Origin: Botryllus schlosseri
Taxonomy: Eukaryota
Direction of reading: 5' to 3'
Assembly: GCA_051294905.1 (NCBI GenBank)
Contig: CM119384.1
Coordinates: 4,960,001-5,024,000 of the forward strand
DNA length: 64,000 nt
Below are positions 1-12,199 of this stretch, one piece after another (the first letter of the stretch is position 1; every line of letters begins with the position of its first letter). The notes under the pieces are model-generated. The model saw only the letters and a list, made by a program, of their open reading frames with translations. It did no database searches and was not told where the DNA came from. The translations under genes and the position numbers were made by a program.

Positions 1-183
1 ACATCTCGACAGGGAGTATTTGTTCTTACTGATTTGGAGCGGACATGGTTTGCTTTGAATCCCTGGGACGTTTCTTCAGAAGTATTTTGAGAGCCTGGCA
101 CCTCTGCGGTAACATCTCGACAGGGAGTATTTGTTCTTACTGATTTGGAGCGGACATGGTTTGCTTTGAATCCCTGGGACGTT
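1..183. repeat. 111-bp in-frame coding tandem repeat (37 aa unit), at least 1.6 copies visible
   Basis: Bases 1-72 are identical to 112-183. The unit translates on the minus strand as TSQGFKANHVRSKSVRTNTPCRDVTAEVPGSQNTSEE. Confidence 0.9.
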
Positions 184-1907
184 CGACGCGTCAAAACCAC
201 TGTATTTACGCCTGTAGGTGAACGTGGCGAGAGTTTGATGCGTTTTGCCGGCGGTCCTGTATGTCGCCATTTTTCAAAATCAGGTACTTCGACCCGTAGG
301 TTTTTCTTGCAGGCGTGCAAACCGCAGCGTGTTCTCCATTGCTTCACCCAATCCAGACTTAGATGTGTACCCTTGAAACCTTTTGCAAAATATTGTGCTT
401 TCTCCAATAAAGTGTGATTATCCACATCAGATTTTTCAAGTCTAGATATATTGTACCAAGTGAGTAAATACACATCCAAATTGTCATATCTGTTCGCTGC
501 CAGTAAATTCAACCGGTGTTCCCAAATACCTGCGACTGTCTCTTGAGAAATTCCGTAAAACAGAGCGATTTCAGAGTATGTTTTCTCTTTCTTGTAAAGT
601 TCCTTTAGAACATGAGTGCATTCGTACAGCGACGTCATTTGTAAAGTCTGTAGTGTTTTCCGCGTCATTCTTTCTCTTTTAGCGATGCGAGCCACATCTG
701 ACCTTCGAATTTTAAAATTACTGGCAATGTCATTAAAGTTAACTTTTTTTTCCATCTCTTCCTTAATAACAGCCAGGTCAGATGGCGACAAAATTACTGT
801 GTCCTGCAAACCAAACTTTTCCTTCCAACAATTTGGGAAATCGTCAGGTGGTTCGTAATCGTCATAACATAGTATTTCCGCAAAATGACGCGCCATTTCC
901 AGTAGAGCTCCAGCACAAACGACCTGTCCCGCAGATGCGGGACCGTTGTACCACGCCAACAGCGCGCGATCGAGATCGGAAATTTGTTGTTTGCTATGGA
1001 TTTTAGTCCCAAAATTGCAAAGTTCAAGTTTCTCCTGCAAAAGCATCCTGGCGCATTCTCCGTTTTTCAAATTGGCACCGACTGAGGATGGAACGATAGG
1101 ATTACTGTCTTGTGACGTATATTTGGTCGATATAACTTTGAGTGTCTCACTTTTCGTATTCTTGGACTTGTTGGTTTTCGTTTTAGGACTAACTACAACC
1201 TTGCCATGAAAAAGTCCGTATTTAATTGTCGGGCCGCCCACAATTGAAGGAATTTTGTGACGTTTCCGCCAAATATTGAACCACTTCTTTGGAGGATAAA
1301 AATCACCGTAATTTAAATATCCTACGAATTCACTCACTTTTTCTTCAAGTCGTGTGTGGTCAATGCAAACTTGTGTGCGTTTTATTTTATTAAACCAAGT
1401 CAATAACGCATCGTCGATTATCGCAAGCCGTTTCTCTGATCTGAGTTTGTCACGGACGTTCCATTCGCAAGTTTTCTGACGATCTTTTGTCAAGCAAGCG
1501 GCACAGCTCAAATCGCTATCGGAGATTTCGAGAAAGGAAGAATTTGGTTTCTCGCTCTCAATTACTTCTGTCATTTGAGACGGTCGAGGACAGGCTAAAC
1601 TGATTCCGTGGCGTTTGCGCCAACGTTGATACCAACCCTTTTTCAGATTCAACCCATCCAACTTCATATCTTTGATGAGTTTCTCTGTCTCAAGCTTCAA
1701 CGTTTTGATATCAGGACGAATGTTTTTGCCATGCTTGGCGCCATTGTACCATGACCATAAAGCATCACCGAGCTGTTTATGATGATCGCTCGAAATGTGA
1801 GAGTTTGATGCCATTTTTTTTTTCGACTTCAACTTGCATACCGGTCTTTTTTTTCTTGAGACTTTGTCGGGCGGTTTCTTGGAGGGCATCTCGCGCTTAA
1901 CAGCCAT
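1..1907 (-). CDS. Pogo/Tigger-derived multi-HTH protein (4 CENP-B-type HTH + 2 psq-like HTH); 3' end lies outside the window
   Basis: Manual translation from ATG at 1907 stays open to base 1 (635 codons). It is absent from the ORF track because no stop falls in the window. Four repeats of the CENP-B HTH pattern: LGDALWSWYN...GWYQRWRKRHGI, IDDALLTWFN...KWFNIWRKRHKI, LDRALLAWYN...NCWKEKFGL, LDVYLLTWYN...DWVKQWRTRCGL. Two psq-like HTHs: FNDIASNFKIRRSDVARI and YSEIALFYGISQETVAGI. Confidence 0.8.
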   Translation of the reverse strand, partial: MAVKREMPSKKPPDKVSRKKRPVCKLKSKKKMASNSHISSDHHKQLGDALWSWYNGAKHGKNIRPDIKTLKLETEKLIKDMKLDGLNLKKGWYQRWRKRHGISLACPRPSQMTEVIESEKPNSSFLEISDSDLSCAACLTKDRQKTCEWNVRDKLRSEKRLAIIDDALLTWFNKIKRTQVCIDHTRLEEKVSEFVGYLNYGDFYPPKKWFNIWRKRHKIPSIVGGPTIKYGLFHGKVVVSPKTKTNKSKNTKSETLKVISTKYTSQDSNPIVPSSVGANLKNGECARMLLQEKLELCNFGTKIHSKQQISDLDRALLAWYNGPASAGQVVCAGALLEMARHFAEILCYDDYEPPDDFPNCWKEKFGLQDTVILSPSDLAVIKEEMEKKVNFNDIASNFKIRRSDVARIAKRERMTRKTLQTLQMTSLYECTHVLKELYKKEKTYSEIALFYGISQETVAGIWEHRLNLLAANRYDNLDVYLLTWYNISRLEKSDVDNHTLLEKAQYFAKGFKGTHLSLDWVKQWRTRCGLHACKKNLRVEVPDFEKWRHTGPPAKRIKLSPRSPTGVNTVVLTRRTSQGFKANHVRSKSVRTNTPCRDVTAEVPGSQNTSEETSQGFKANHVRSKSVRTNTPCRD

Positions 1908-2544
1908 AGATATTATCCAAACGTAAACGAATACTTGATAAGGTATCTTACAATGTCAAATATATATTACCATTTCCGGCAGCTGACCTGATAGAAAAAA
2001 CAATTACAGTTACTCAGTCATACGACAGTGAAGGAATACCGTACATTGCATTGTCACAGTGATGTTCATTGACCAATCTATGGTCAGCATGCCAACAAGC
2101 ACCAGGCCGTTCTGTTGCAAGGGTGTATTAGGAGTAAACTTGTGATTCGAGTCAGTTGAACACAAACTACTGGGGTACACAAATTGATAAGAACAAAAAA
2201 TTCAAAGCCAGTCTGTAGCGAAGGAATCAGAAAGGAAAATTCTTTCATGATAGTAGAGAGCACTCACTTCAGTCTGATATGAAAATACATTATGAAAAGA
2301 TGAAAGTAACAAAATAATGTCATTTATCAAGATGATAAATGAGAAGAAAGAACAAAGAAACTACCAATCGCAGTAACTAACTAACCAATCTAGCAACTTT
2401 AGATTACAGATGAGGTAAATGCAAAACAGTGATTGAGGTAAATGCAAAACAGTGATAAGTTAAGCAGCAGTGGATTACTTTGTTCAAGGTTCATTGCCAT
2501 GCTACGTGCCACCAGACTTGAACAGAAAGAACGATTTCAGCTTT

Positions 2545-2900
2545 TATAAATTTGATTAGAATTATAGCTATACACTTATACAGTTTCTCCAAATTACATT
2601 GAATTAGAATTATAGCTACACAGGGATTTCCAAATCAGATCAGAATTCACATATACTTGGAAATTGAATCAAGTTCAGTTCATATCAAATTAGAGTTCAC
2701 CCTCAAAAGCATGAAGATGGAAAATGTCTGTATAGTATAGTAAACTTGGCTTGTTTCACACTGCACAGTTCTCCCGCAACATTCTCAGGATAACAATGAG
2801 ATGATGATTGAATAAGAATTAGAGTACTGAAACATTTCACAAATTAGATTATACCAACATTTTGCTCAAATTACTCCGTTATTAGACAACTAGAATTATC
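2545..2900. repeat. Dispersed repeat family B (TTAGATTAGAATT-rich)
   Basis: Shares ttagattagaattagaatt runs and an attagacaactagaattatc end motif with copies at about 19380-19465, 36410-36500, 49005-49125, 50765-51210, 60405-60540 and 61610-61745. Boundaries are approximate. Confidence 0.6.
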
Positions 2901-3404
2901 TGCCGTGGAAAAATCTAGTATGATTGTGGAGTACGGCAATTAAACAATACAGTGTGTGGTATAGCTGATCCTCCCTCGGCAAATGTAGGAACGGTACATT
3001 TGTAGAATTCAAGAATCCTGAAAAGGAATACGCCACACAACACCGGATCAAGTGCAAAAACACGGAGAACGGTTTGTGATCACACTGTGACGTACATCGC
3101 ACAACGATAGCATATAGTATATTTACAGAATGCTTACATATGTAGGTTAGTAATCTACAGTAGAGTATGTTATAACCAAGCATGTGCGGCGACCAGCGTG
3201 GCTCCCTCGCCAACACTTCGTTTTATGAAATCACTGAACCGAACTACCAGTCAACCATAGATAATCATTATATTGAAATATTCATCAAATCCACAACATG
3301 CGATATAATAAAAAGGTAGCAGGAAGCTGAAATGGCTTGCAGTAGTCTTTTAATCCAACACACACCTGGGCCTATGACCTAGGCAATGTAAATAAGGCAT
3401 GCAC

Positions 3405-4720
3405 ACTGGATCAAAAGAAATAAAGGAAACGACGAAGATGAATGCGACATGTGTCGGCAAGGGAGGTCGATATGTCAGCTTCAGGATTACCGGACAACGA
3501 CCTAACATCGACCTCACCTTCCGCCACATGCCACCTTATTTTGTAGCTTGCGTCTTATATTATCTGCATTACTTTTCATTCAGTGTGCAAGTGCATGCCT
3601 CTTCTTTACTTCGCCTAGGCCAAGGTGGGTGTCTGATTATAGATTATTAACCCTCCAAGTTGTTTCGACACCTTCCTATGTTTTCATTGTACCGCAGTTT
3701 GTGGTGTTTTTGAAACGATTAAAATATTAATAGTGGTTGATTGTGGTCTGGTAATCTTGAGGTCTGATTAGTATTTAAAGTTCAAAGCTAAATACAATCG
3801 TGTCATGTCATGTACACCATCTCTAATTACTATGGTTCAATAACTAACTAACTAACTAACTAGTTCCTGTTGTATTTTATCACTGTTATAAATATATCTT
3901 CCCCGAAATAGCGATGATGCCAAGAAGAAGCCCAGATGACACCAGGATCGATCAATAAATGGATAATCGTCAGATTATATTTTCATCTGTCAAAGACATA
4001 CACACAATGTACAATGCGGTATACAAGACACATGATGAGACGTAATGAACAGATAGGGGGGTGCCGAACGACCAACCATGCAGTTGGGGTCCATCAAACT
4101 GGCATCCACCTCGACCTAGTGCCCGATTACACAGTCTTCTTCGATCAGTATCAGTTTATAAATATTTTCTTCATTTCAAAACACCACAAAACTGCGATAC
4201 CATGAAAGATAGGAAGGTGTCGAAACGACTTGTAGTAGTCAGACACCCACCTTGGCCTAGGCCAGTGGTTCTCAACCTTTTTTTGGACACGCCCCCCTTT
4301 TTGATGGTGAAAAATTTCGCGCCCCCCTTATCGTCATATCACAAAATCCCACTAGGATGCTAGCAAACTCAACAGATTGTTTGGTGGTATGGAAGGTTAT
4401 GAATGTTTATGAGAGAGTGAAAAATATGAAATTGGTTCTATATAGAGAAACATGTGTGCATTGGAGGTAAATCGCGCGATGCGCGAAATATTTTTTCAGG
4501 TGACCGCTTCTTCGCGCCCCCTTCAGATGTTTCACGCCCCCCAGGTTGAGAACCCCTGGCCTAGGCGAAGTAGAGAAGAGGCGTGCTGCACACTGAATGA
4601 AAAGTGAAGCAGAGAATATAAAAGGCAACCGATAAAATGAGGTGGCATATGACGGAAGGCGAGATCGATATGTTATTCTTTCTTCGTCGGCTTTTTTAGG
4701 ATCCATTTCTTGCTCATTAT
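3405..4720. repeat. Diverged inverted duplication (arms about 3405-3740 and about 4130-4720)
   Basis: The plus-strand text ...acttttcattcagtgtgc...tacttcgcctaggccaaggtgggtgtctga...gtttcgacaccttcctat... recurs on the minus strand of the second arm. The second arm is interrupted by the 4263-4558 MITE. Confidence 0.8.
4263..4558. mobile_element. hAT (Charlie-like) MITE, 296 bp
   Basis: TIRs CAGTGGTTCTCAACC / GGTTGAGAACCCCTG. Perfect 8-bp TSD GCCTAGGC at 4255-4262 and 4559-4566. Same family as 60865-61163. Confidence 0.9.
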
Positions 4721-5508
4721 CGGGTCTTTTCTTGGCCTTGAGAACGGCGACACCCCAGAATAACCTCCTGCGGCGGGAGTCAATACCGAGCCGCTGACAC
4801 TTACCACTACGCTATACCCCCACATTTAGATAGAGTCTAGGACGGGGTGATTCTGCTACCATCACTCAGTGTGCGGTGGGCTGCAAACACATTGTTTCCT
4901 CTTCCGAATTGCCACGATGGAATTATGCGACTCGCAACTGCGTTCGTTAGTATCGGACACCTTTCTGTAGATGGTGTTCGGGGATCTAGCGTTGAAAATC
5001 GACAGCAACGATAATTTCCGAATTTGTCATGCAATATCTCTGAAGAGACGTCACACAATGATGAAATCAGACACAAGCAACTTTCTATAATGTACTTTTC
5101 ATTTCACTACTTGTACCTGGATTTACTATTTAACAACGCCTGCACAGTGCACACGTATCGAATCACTCCCTGATCTTTAAGATCTAACGGCGATAATTTA
5201 TAAAATGAAGCTTTGTGTTTTCTGCTCTGCCAATAAAATGTATATTGCGACTTGTACAAATTAACCAATGCAAAAATATAATGGCAGATGGAGTATTTCA
5301 ATAGCTATAATAAAAGCTGGCCACTGGGCAGCATAGCTTGTAGTTCCATTGATGTGGTGGATCACAGAATTCAGAATGTTCCACTTTTACGACAGCAACT
5401 TCGTGCGACCTTCCGAGGCATTACCCCCCACACCAAAGGACTCTTGACATCCATATTTCAACCCATAGAATGTGGAGCCAATACCCACGCAATGACATAT
5501 GTGTGCCT

Positions 5509-8303
5509 TCAAACAGACATCTTTCTGAAATTATTGAAAAGTTCTATATACTGAAGTGCAGTGTGTTCAGCGGTATAGACATCAGATGGTTTCATTTGTT
5601 GCAGAAGTTTCGATTCCGTCAGAACTTGTGCTCCCGATATGGATTGAAATAATTCAGTCAACAGACCCAAGCATTCTTTTGCATAAACACAAGGAGTATA
5701 TTCAATCTGAAGACAAAAGTTGAGAAAATCTTGAAATAACTCGAAGTAGTGTAGGAGTTGCCATCATCAATATATAACAACCTTAATTGCGCATCATGTG
5801 GGTCGAATGTTAAATTTTTTAAAGTAATGGTAGAGATTGGTTTAAGACAGGTTTGATCATTACTGCAGAAGAGTGAAGTACTCAAAACCACTGGAATGAC
5901 TAAAGCACAGTGTTGGGATCAAGTCACTGCCTTCGAGTCTCTGTAACTTTCGACTCGAGTCAAGTTAAGTCATTAAAAAATTTTTCAAGTCAAGTCACTA
6001 TTCAAATCACACATATTTTCAGCGTGACTAGAAACAGGCCATCTCTAATTTTAAGATTTAGGTCTATTTCAAATCATAAAATATATTCAGTTTGTGTCGT
6101 TTTATCTGAATGTGCCGATGCATACGCAATATGCAGAACTTGTCAAGACTTTGTGCAGTTCCATTTCTAAACTACAAAAACAATGTGAAACATTGTGGTT
6201 ATTAATGTAAATTGATGAGAATGCTGTCCTCATGGCATGCTCCAATAGTATGTAGCTTAAGTGTAATTGAATGCATGCGTCGTTTATTGCCTGCATGAAG
6301 GCTATAAAGGCAGTGACGACCCCATATTTGTGTTGAGGAAACATGATGTGTGAGCGTGTAGAAGAGGTTCGTCATTAAATTTCGTCGCAATCGCAAAGAA
6401 AGGACCAAGTTTAGTTCTTAAGCATCAGACTGAAAATTATTATACATGTTTATATATTGTAATGATATTTTAATGCCAGTCAAGTTCATCATGTCCACGG
6501 TTAATGCAGAAGTCTGCGATATCGCTGCTGTTGGAATTGAAAATGGTATCCAGTAAATAAAGGATTGGTATTGATCGCGTGGCATTGCGAAGTACAATAT
6601 ATTATGACTTGAAAATTTGTCATATGTCGAGTCCAAGTCAAGTTTCAAGAAAACATGACTCAAGTCATCCCAACACAGGTGAGGGAGTAGAAATTGATAT
6701 ATCTACTTAAGAGAATAATTCTTCACCGCAAATCCTCTCCATATGCCGACACATACCTCCATCAATATGCCTCTGGTGTTAGCACCCTGCGTCACAACAC
6801 CAACTTTGAGAATGAAATCGCTGAGGACGTATCTGTTTCCTCGACACTCAATCCGAGCGGCCTTCCTCTGTTGCCAAAACTGCCTCAGTTTTGCTAGGAA
6901 ATTGGTGATCATCCCGTCAGTAGTCACGTTGCTCCCATCTTCAAAATGAGCAAACCTGGACAATGGATACTCTGTGTTTTTGATGATATTCAGAAGTTTT
7001 CCTGCTTCTGAAAAGAAGGAATATGCGCAGTTTAATATGGGAAAGAACGGACTGACCACCAAACACAGATGAGAAATATAACACAGTCTTGATTCAAATG
7101 TAAACTACATCTTTACTTCAAACGATGAAATAGACGTGCAAAAAGCTTCTCTTCTACTGGTTAGGATTGAGTCAAATTTGATGTACAATGTTTTTTGTCG
7201 ACCTAACAATTTTATCAAATAGACATTGAAAAAAGAAGTTATTTTTGTACGACTCTAATATGCACGGCGTAATTTCATCACCAATAATATTCCTCGAAGT
7301 ATATTTTCAGCTTCATCCTAACACTGAGGTTAATCCATGATCCTGATAGATCAAATTTGATGCGGAAGAAGGTAACTACAGGCATTTGAAGCAAAACTAA
7401 AGTTATTTCCGATCTGCCGTCTAGGCTACAGTATGTACGCTACATATTAAAAGTATCAGAGTGAAATACTCACTTCCATTGATGAATTGGTAAGTGTCGC
7501 ATTCAACACAGAACACTCCAGACTTGCTTGCTCCTACTTTTTCAAAAGATCTTTGCAAGTCCTCGATCGACTGCTGCACATTTTTGCCGTCTTCAGCATT
7601 CCATTGCATTACACTGTAATGGCAACAACAAATATAAATATATTCAGAGATATTTCCAATGTTACAGGTGTACCTGCACATATTATGTATCCTATTTATA
7701 AATTATGAACGAGATCACTAGTATTGTTTCAATATCTTGTTTTACAAGACTCTCAACATACATTACATTCATCATCTTGCTTAGGCTACCGCTCACCGCG
7801 CATCATTTTTATTACATTTTTTTGGTTCAAGATTCTAATGAGTTGAAATGTCTTGCTGAAGTATATCAATCAAATTCCCACCTACAAATATATACAGTAA
7901 CAAATGTTGAAAGAGCATACATTCAATGACAAATAGCCTAGAGAGAAAGTAATTTTAAATCAGCATGAGGCAAGCAAGAGGCATTTACAGCAAGGGGTAT
8001 ACAAGCGAAGTCAGTGTGTCAAAATCGATCCGGTAATCAGTATTCATCTCATAGATAGAAGCAGTTTGTATTTAGACTTGAATGAAGGTGGTTATATTAC
8101 AATAGTACATTAAAATGAACCATGTCGTTAATTCATTGCTTCATAGATATTAAGCTTCTTGGGCAAGAATCAGAAGGTGAGGACACTTGGTTTCTTCAGT
8201 AAGCCTATAGAACCGTGCCACAAACCTTAGTGGTATCGTGAGAAATCAAGAAGAAAAAAACATGAATAATAGTATAGTCCAAAGCTCACCATGAAACTCC
8301 CAT
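5509..8303 (-). CDS. MED20: Mediator of RNA polymerase II transcription subunit 20 (200 aa, 4 coding exons)
   Basis: Exons 8303-8290, 7613-7474, 7007-6757 and 5706-5509, all GT-AG with matching phases. Protein: MGVSCVMQW...GKNVQQSIEDL...GASKSGVFCVECDTY...NTEYPLSRFAHFE...RIECRGNRY...DFILKVGVVTQG...RGILMEIEYTPC...LQYIELFNNFRK, which is colinear with animal MED20. Confidence 0.93.
5908..6678. mobile_element. Old MITE-like element in MED20 intron 3
   Basis: Ends CAGTGTTGGGAT / ATCCCAACACAG (near-inverted), with subterminal caagtc/gagtc repeats. No TSD found. Related gactcgagtc-rich stretches occur near 23800-23950 and 29450-29605. Confidence 0.5.
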
Positions 8304-8463
8304 ATCTGATATACCGCGACCTGTTTGAGAAGAGATTTCTTGGATCCTTGGTTCGACGTTTGAGTTCTACCAGATTCACTGCCAGCACCGTTACAAAATG
8401 TACAAGTCTTCAACGTCCGGAGCTATAAGGATTGCAGAGACCTCTTGCAGACGCGGGCCTGCT

Positions 8464-8604
8464 ACTGAAGTGGTCCTGGCGGAATTCTAGTGGAATCTTC
8501 GCTCTAACGTGAAACACCACGAATGATCATGTAAATCACTATTTCTGGGATTAACCCCGAGCGTATCGTGCAATCAGGAAATATCGACTACGGTTGAATT
8601 TTTT
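8464..8604 (+). repeat. Left TIR of the MULE element
   Basis: Aligns to the reverse complement of 19905-20057. Shared blocks: gtgaaaca, cgaatgatca, ttaacccc, gcgtatc, ggaaat.tcgact. Confidence 0.85.
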
Positions 8605-8779
8605 CTTTATTCGGGTCTAATTTGGAAAAAAAATCAGGATTTCGAGACTTAATTTAATGCAACATCGTCATTAGCTCATTGCTATCTGAAATAAATCGAG
8701 GAATAATAGTCGACATGATTCGTAACATATTCTTCGCTATAGCGAAATTATCGAATGCAACCAGAAGCGTCGACTATAA

Positions 8780-11700
8780 TATATCATACTTTCAACGTTG
8801 TATTTGAGAGTCGAGCGGACTTGCTAATATTACAACCAATATACCACGGCAAAGTGATTAAATAGTTCTACAATATAAAAACAATTTCAGAGTATAGCGG
8901 GTCTTAGTTTATTCAAAATAAGAGCGCAAAGTTGGTCGCATTTGAGGCATACGAATATACCAATTGACACGAAAATACGATACTTTCAGTGTTATATTTG
9001 GGAGTCGAGCGGACTTGTTAATGTTACAACTAATATATCACGGCAAAGTGCTTAATTAGTTCTACAATATAAAAGTAATTTCAGAGTATAGCGGGTCTTA
9101 GTTTATTCAAAATAAGAGGGCAAAGTAGGTCCGTAACGTCGCATTTCAGGCATACGAATATACCAATTAACACGAAAATACGATACTTTCAGTGTTATAT
9201 TTGGGAGTCGAGCGGACTTGTTAATGTTACAACTAATATATCACGGAAAAGTGCTTAATTAGTTCTACAATATAAAAGTAATTTCAGAGTATAGCGGGTC
9301 TTAGTTTATTCAAAATAAGAGGGCAAAGTAGGTCCGTAACGTCGCATTTCAGGCATACGAATATACCAATTAACACGAAAATACGATACTTTCAGTGTTA
9401 TATTTGGGAGTCGAGCGGACTTGCTAATATTACAACCAATATACCACGGCAAAGTGATTAAATAGTTCTACAATATAAAAACAATTTCAGAGTATAGCGG
9501 GTCTTAGTTTATTCAAAATAAGAGCGCAAAGTTGGTCGCATTTGAGGCATACGAATATACCAATTGACACGAAAATACGATACTTTCAGTGTTATATTTG
9601 GGAGTCGAGCGGACTTGTTAATGTTACAACTAATATATCACGGCAAAGTGCTTAATTAGTTCTACAATATAAAAGTAATTTCAGAGTATAGCGGGTCTTA
9701 GTTTATTCAAAATAAGAGGGCAAAGTAGGTCCGTAACGTCGCATTTCAGGCATACGAATATACCAATTAACACGAAAATACGATACTTTCAGTGTTATAT
9801 TTGGGAGTCGAGCGGACTTGTTAATGTTACAACTAATATATCACGGAAAAGTGCTTAATTAGTTCTACAATATAAAAGTAATTTCAGAGTATAGCGGGTC
9901 TTAGTTTATTCAAAATAAGAGGGCAAAGTAGGTCCGTAACGTCGCATTTCAGGCATACGAATATACCAATTAACACGAAAATACGATACTTTCAGTGTTA
10001 TATTTGGGAGTCGAGCGGACTTGTTAATGTTACAACTAATATATCACGGAAAAGTGCTTAATTAGTTCTACAATATAAAAGTAATTTCAGAGTATAGCGG
10101 GTCTTAGTTTATTCAAAATAAGAGGGCAAAGTAGGTCCGTAACGTCGCATTTCAGGCATACGAATATACCAATTAACACGAAAATACGATACTTTCAGTG
10201 TTATATTTGGGAGTCGAGCGGACTTGTTAATGTTACAACTAATATATCACGGAAAAGTGCTTAATTAGTTCTACAATATAAAAGTAATTTCAGAGTATAG
10301 CGGGTCTTAGTTTATTCAAAATAAGAGGGCAAAGTAGGTCCGTAACGTCGCATTTCAGGCATACGAATATACCAATTAACACGAAAATACGATACTTTCA
10401 GTGTTATATTTGGGAGTCGAGCGGACTTGTTAATGTTACAACTAATATATCACGGAAAAGTGCTTAATTAGTTCTACAATATAAAAGTAATTTCAGAGTA
10501 TAGCGGGTCTTAGTTTATTCAAAATAAGAGGGCAAAGTAGGTCCGTAACGTCGCATTTCAGGCATACGAATATACCAATTAACACGAAAATACGATACTT
10601 TCAGTGTTATATTTGGGAGTCGAGCGGACTTGTTAATGTTACAACTAATATATCACGGAAAAGTGCTTAATTAGTTCTACAATATAAAAGTAATTTCAGA
10701 GTATAGCGGGTCTTAGTTTATTCAAAATAAGAGGGCAAAGTAGGTCCGTAACGTCGCATTTCAGGCATACGAATATACCAATTAACACGAAAATACGATA
10801 CTTTCAGTGTTATATTTGGGAGTCGAGCGGACTTGTTAATGTTACAACTAATATATCACGGAAAAGTGCTTAATTAGTTCTACAATATAAAAGTAATTTC
10901 AGAGTATAGCGGGTCTTAGTTTATTCAAAATAAGAGGGCAAAGTAGGTCCGTAACGTCGCATTTCAGGCATACGAATATACCAATTAACACGAAAATACG
11001 ATACTTTCAGTGTTATATTTGGGAGTCGAGCGGACTTGTTAATGTTACAACTAATATATCACGGAAAAGTGCTTAATTAGTTCTACAATATAAAAGTAAT
11101 TTCAGAGTATAGCGGGTCTTAGTTTATTCAAAATAAGAGGGCAAAGTAGGTCCGTAACGTCGCATTTCAGGCATACGAATATACCAATTAACACGAAAAT
11201 ACGATACTTTCAGTGTTATATTTGGGAGTCGAGCGGACTTGTTAATGTTACAACTAATATGTCACGGAAAAGTGCTTAATTAGTTCTACAATATAAAAGT
11301 AATTTCAGAGTATAGCGGGTCTTAGTTTATTCAAAATAAGAGGGCAAAGTAGGTCCGTAACGTCGCATTTCAGGCATACGAATATACCAATTGATACGAA
11401 AATACCATATATCCAGCGTTATATTTAAGAGTCGAGCGGACTTGTTAATGTTACAACTAATATATCACGGCAAAGTGCTTAATTAGTTCTACAATATAAA
11501 AGTAATTTCAGAGTATAGCGGGTCTTAGTTTATTCCAAATAAGAGGGCAAAGTAGGTCCGTAACGTCGCATTTCAGGCATACGAATATACCAATTAACAC
11601 GAAAATACGATACTTTCAGTGTTATATTTGGGAGTCGAGCGGACTTGTTAATGTTACAACTAATATATCACGGAAAAGTGCTTAATTAGTTCTACATTAT

Positions 11701-12199
11701 AAAAGTAATTTCAGAGTATAGCGGGTCTTAGTTTATTCAAAATAAGAGGGCAAAGTAGGTCCGTAACGTCGCATTTCAGGCATACGAATATACCAATTAA
11801 CACGAAAATACGATACTTTCAGTGTTATATTTGGGAGTCGAGCGGACTTGTTAATGTTACAACTAATATATCACGGAAAAGTGCTTAATTAGTTCTACAA
11901 TATAAAAGTAATTTCAGAGTATAGCGGGTCTTAGTTTATTCAAAATAAGAGGGCAAAGTAGGTCCGTAACGTCGCATTTCAGGCATACGAATATACCAAT
12001 TAACACGAAAATACGATACTTTCAGTGTTATATTTGGGAGTCGAGCGGACTTGTTAATGTTACAACTAATATATCACGGAAAAGTGCTTAATTAGTTCTA
12101 CAATATAAAAGTAATTTCAGAGTATAGCGGGTCTTAGTTTATTCAAAATAAGAGGGCAAAGTAGGTCCGTAACGTCGCATTTCAGGCATACGAATATAC
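8780..12199. repeat. Tandem array of 203-bp units (about 17 copies) inside the MULE left arm
   Basis: The anchor tcgagcggac recurs at 8811, 9005, 9208, 9411, 9605, 9808, 10011, 10214, 10417, 10620, 10823, 11026, 11229, 11432, 11635, 11838 and 12041. Spacing is 203 bp except for two 194-bp variants. Confidence 0.97.

Noticed and set aside
4770-4821. tRNA-like or SINE head on the minus strand (TAGCGTAGTGG A-box-like, GGTATTGACTCCC B-box-like)
   Set aside because: The boxes are only about 13 nt apart, there is no anticodon arm or acceptor stem, and the site also reads as an ordinary GTAAGT splice donor.
5288-5554. 88-aa plus-strand ORF
   Set aside because: It is antisense to the MED20 last exon and 3' UTR, with no recognisable motif.
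8780-12199. CRISPR-like array
   Set aside because: Units are contiguous near-identical 203-mers with no unique spacers, there are no cas genes, and the context is eukaryotic and intron-containing.
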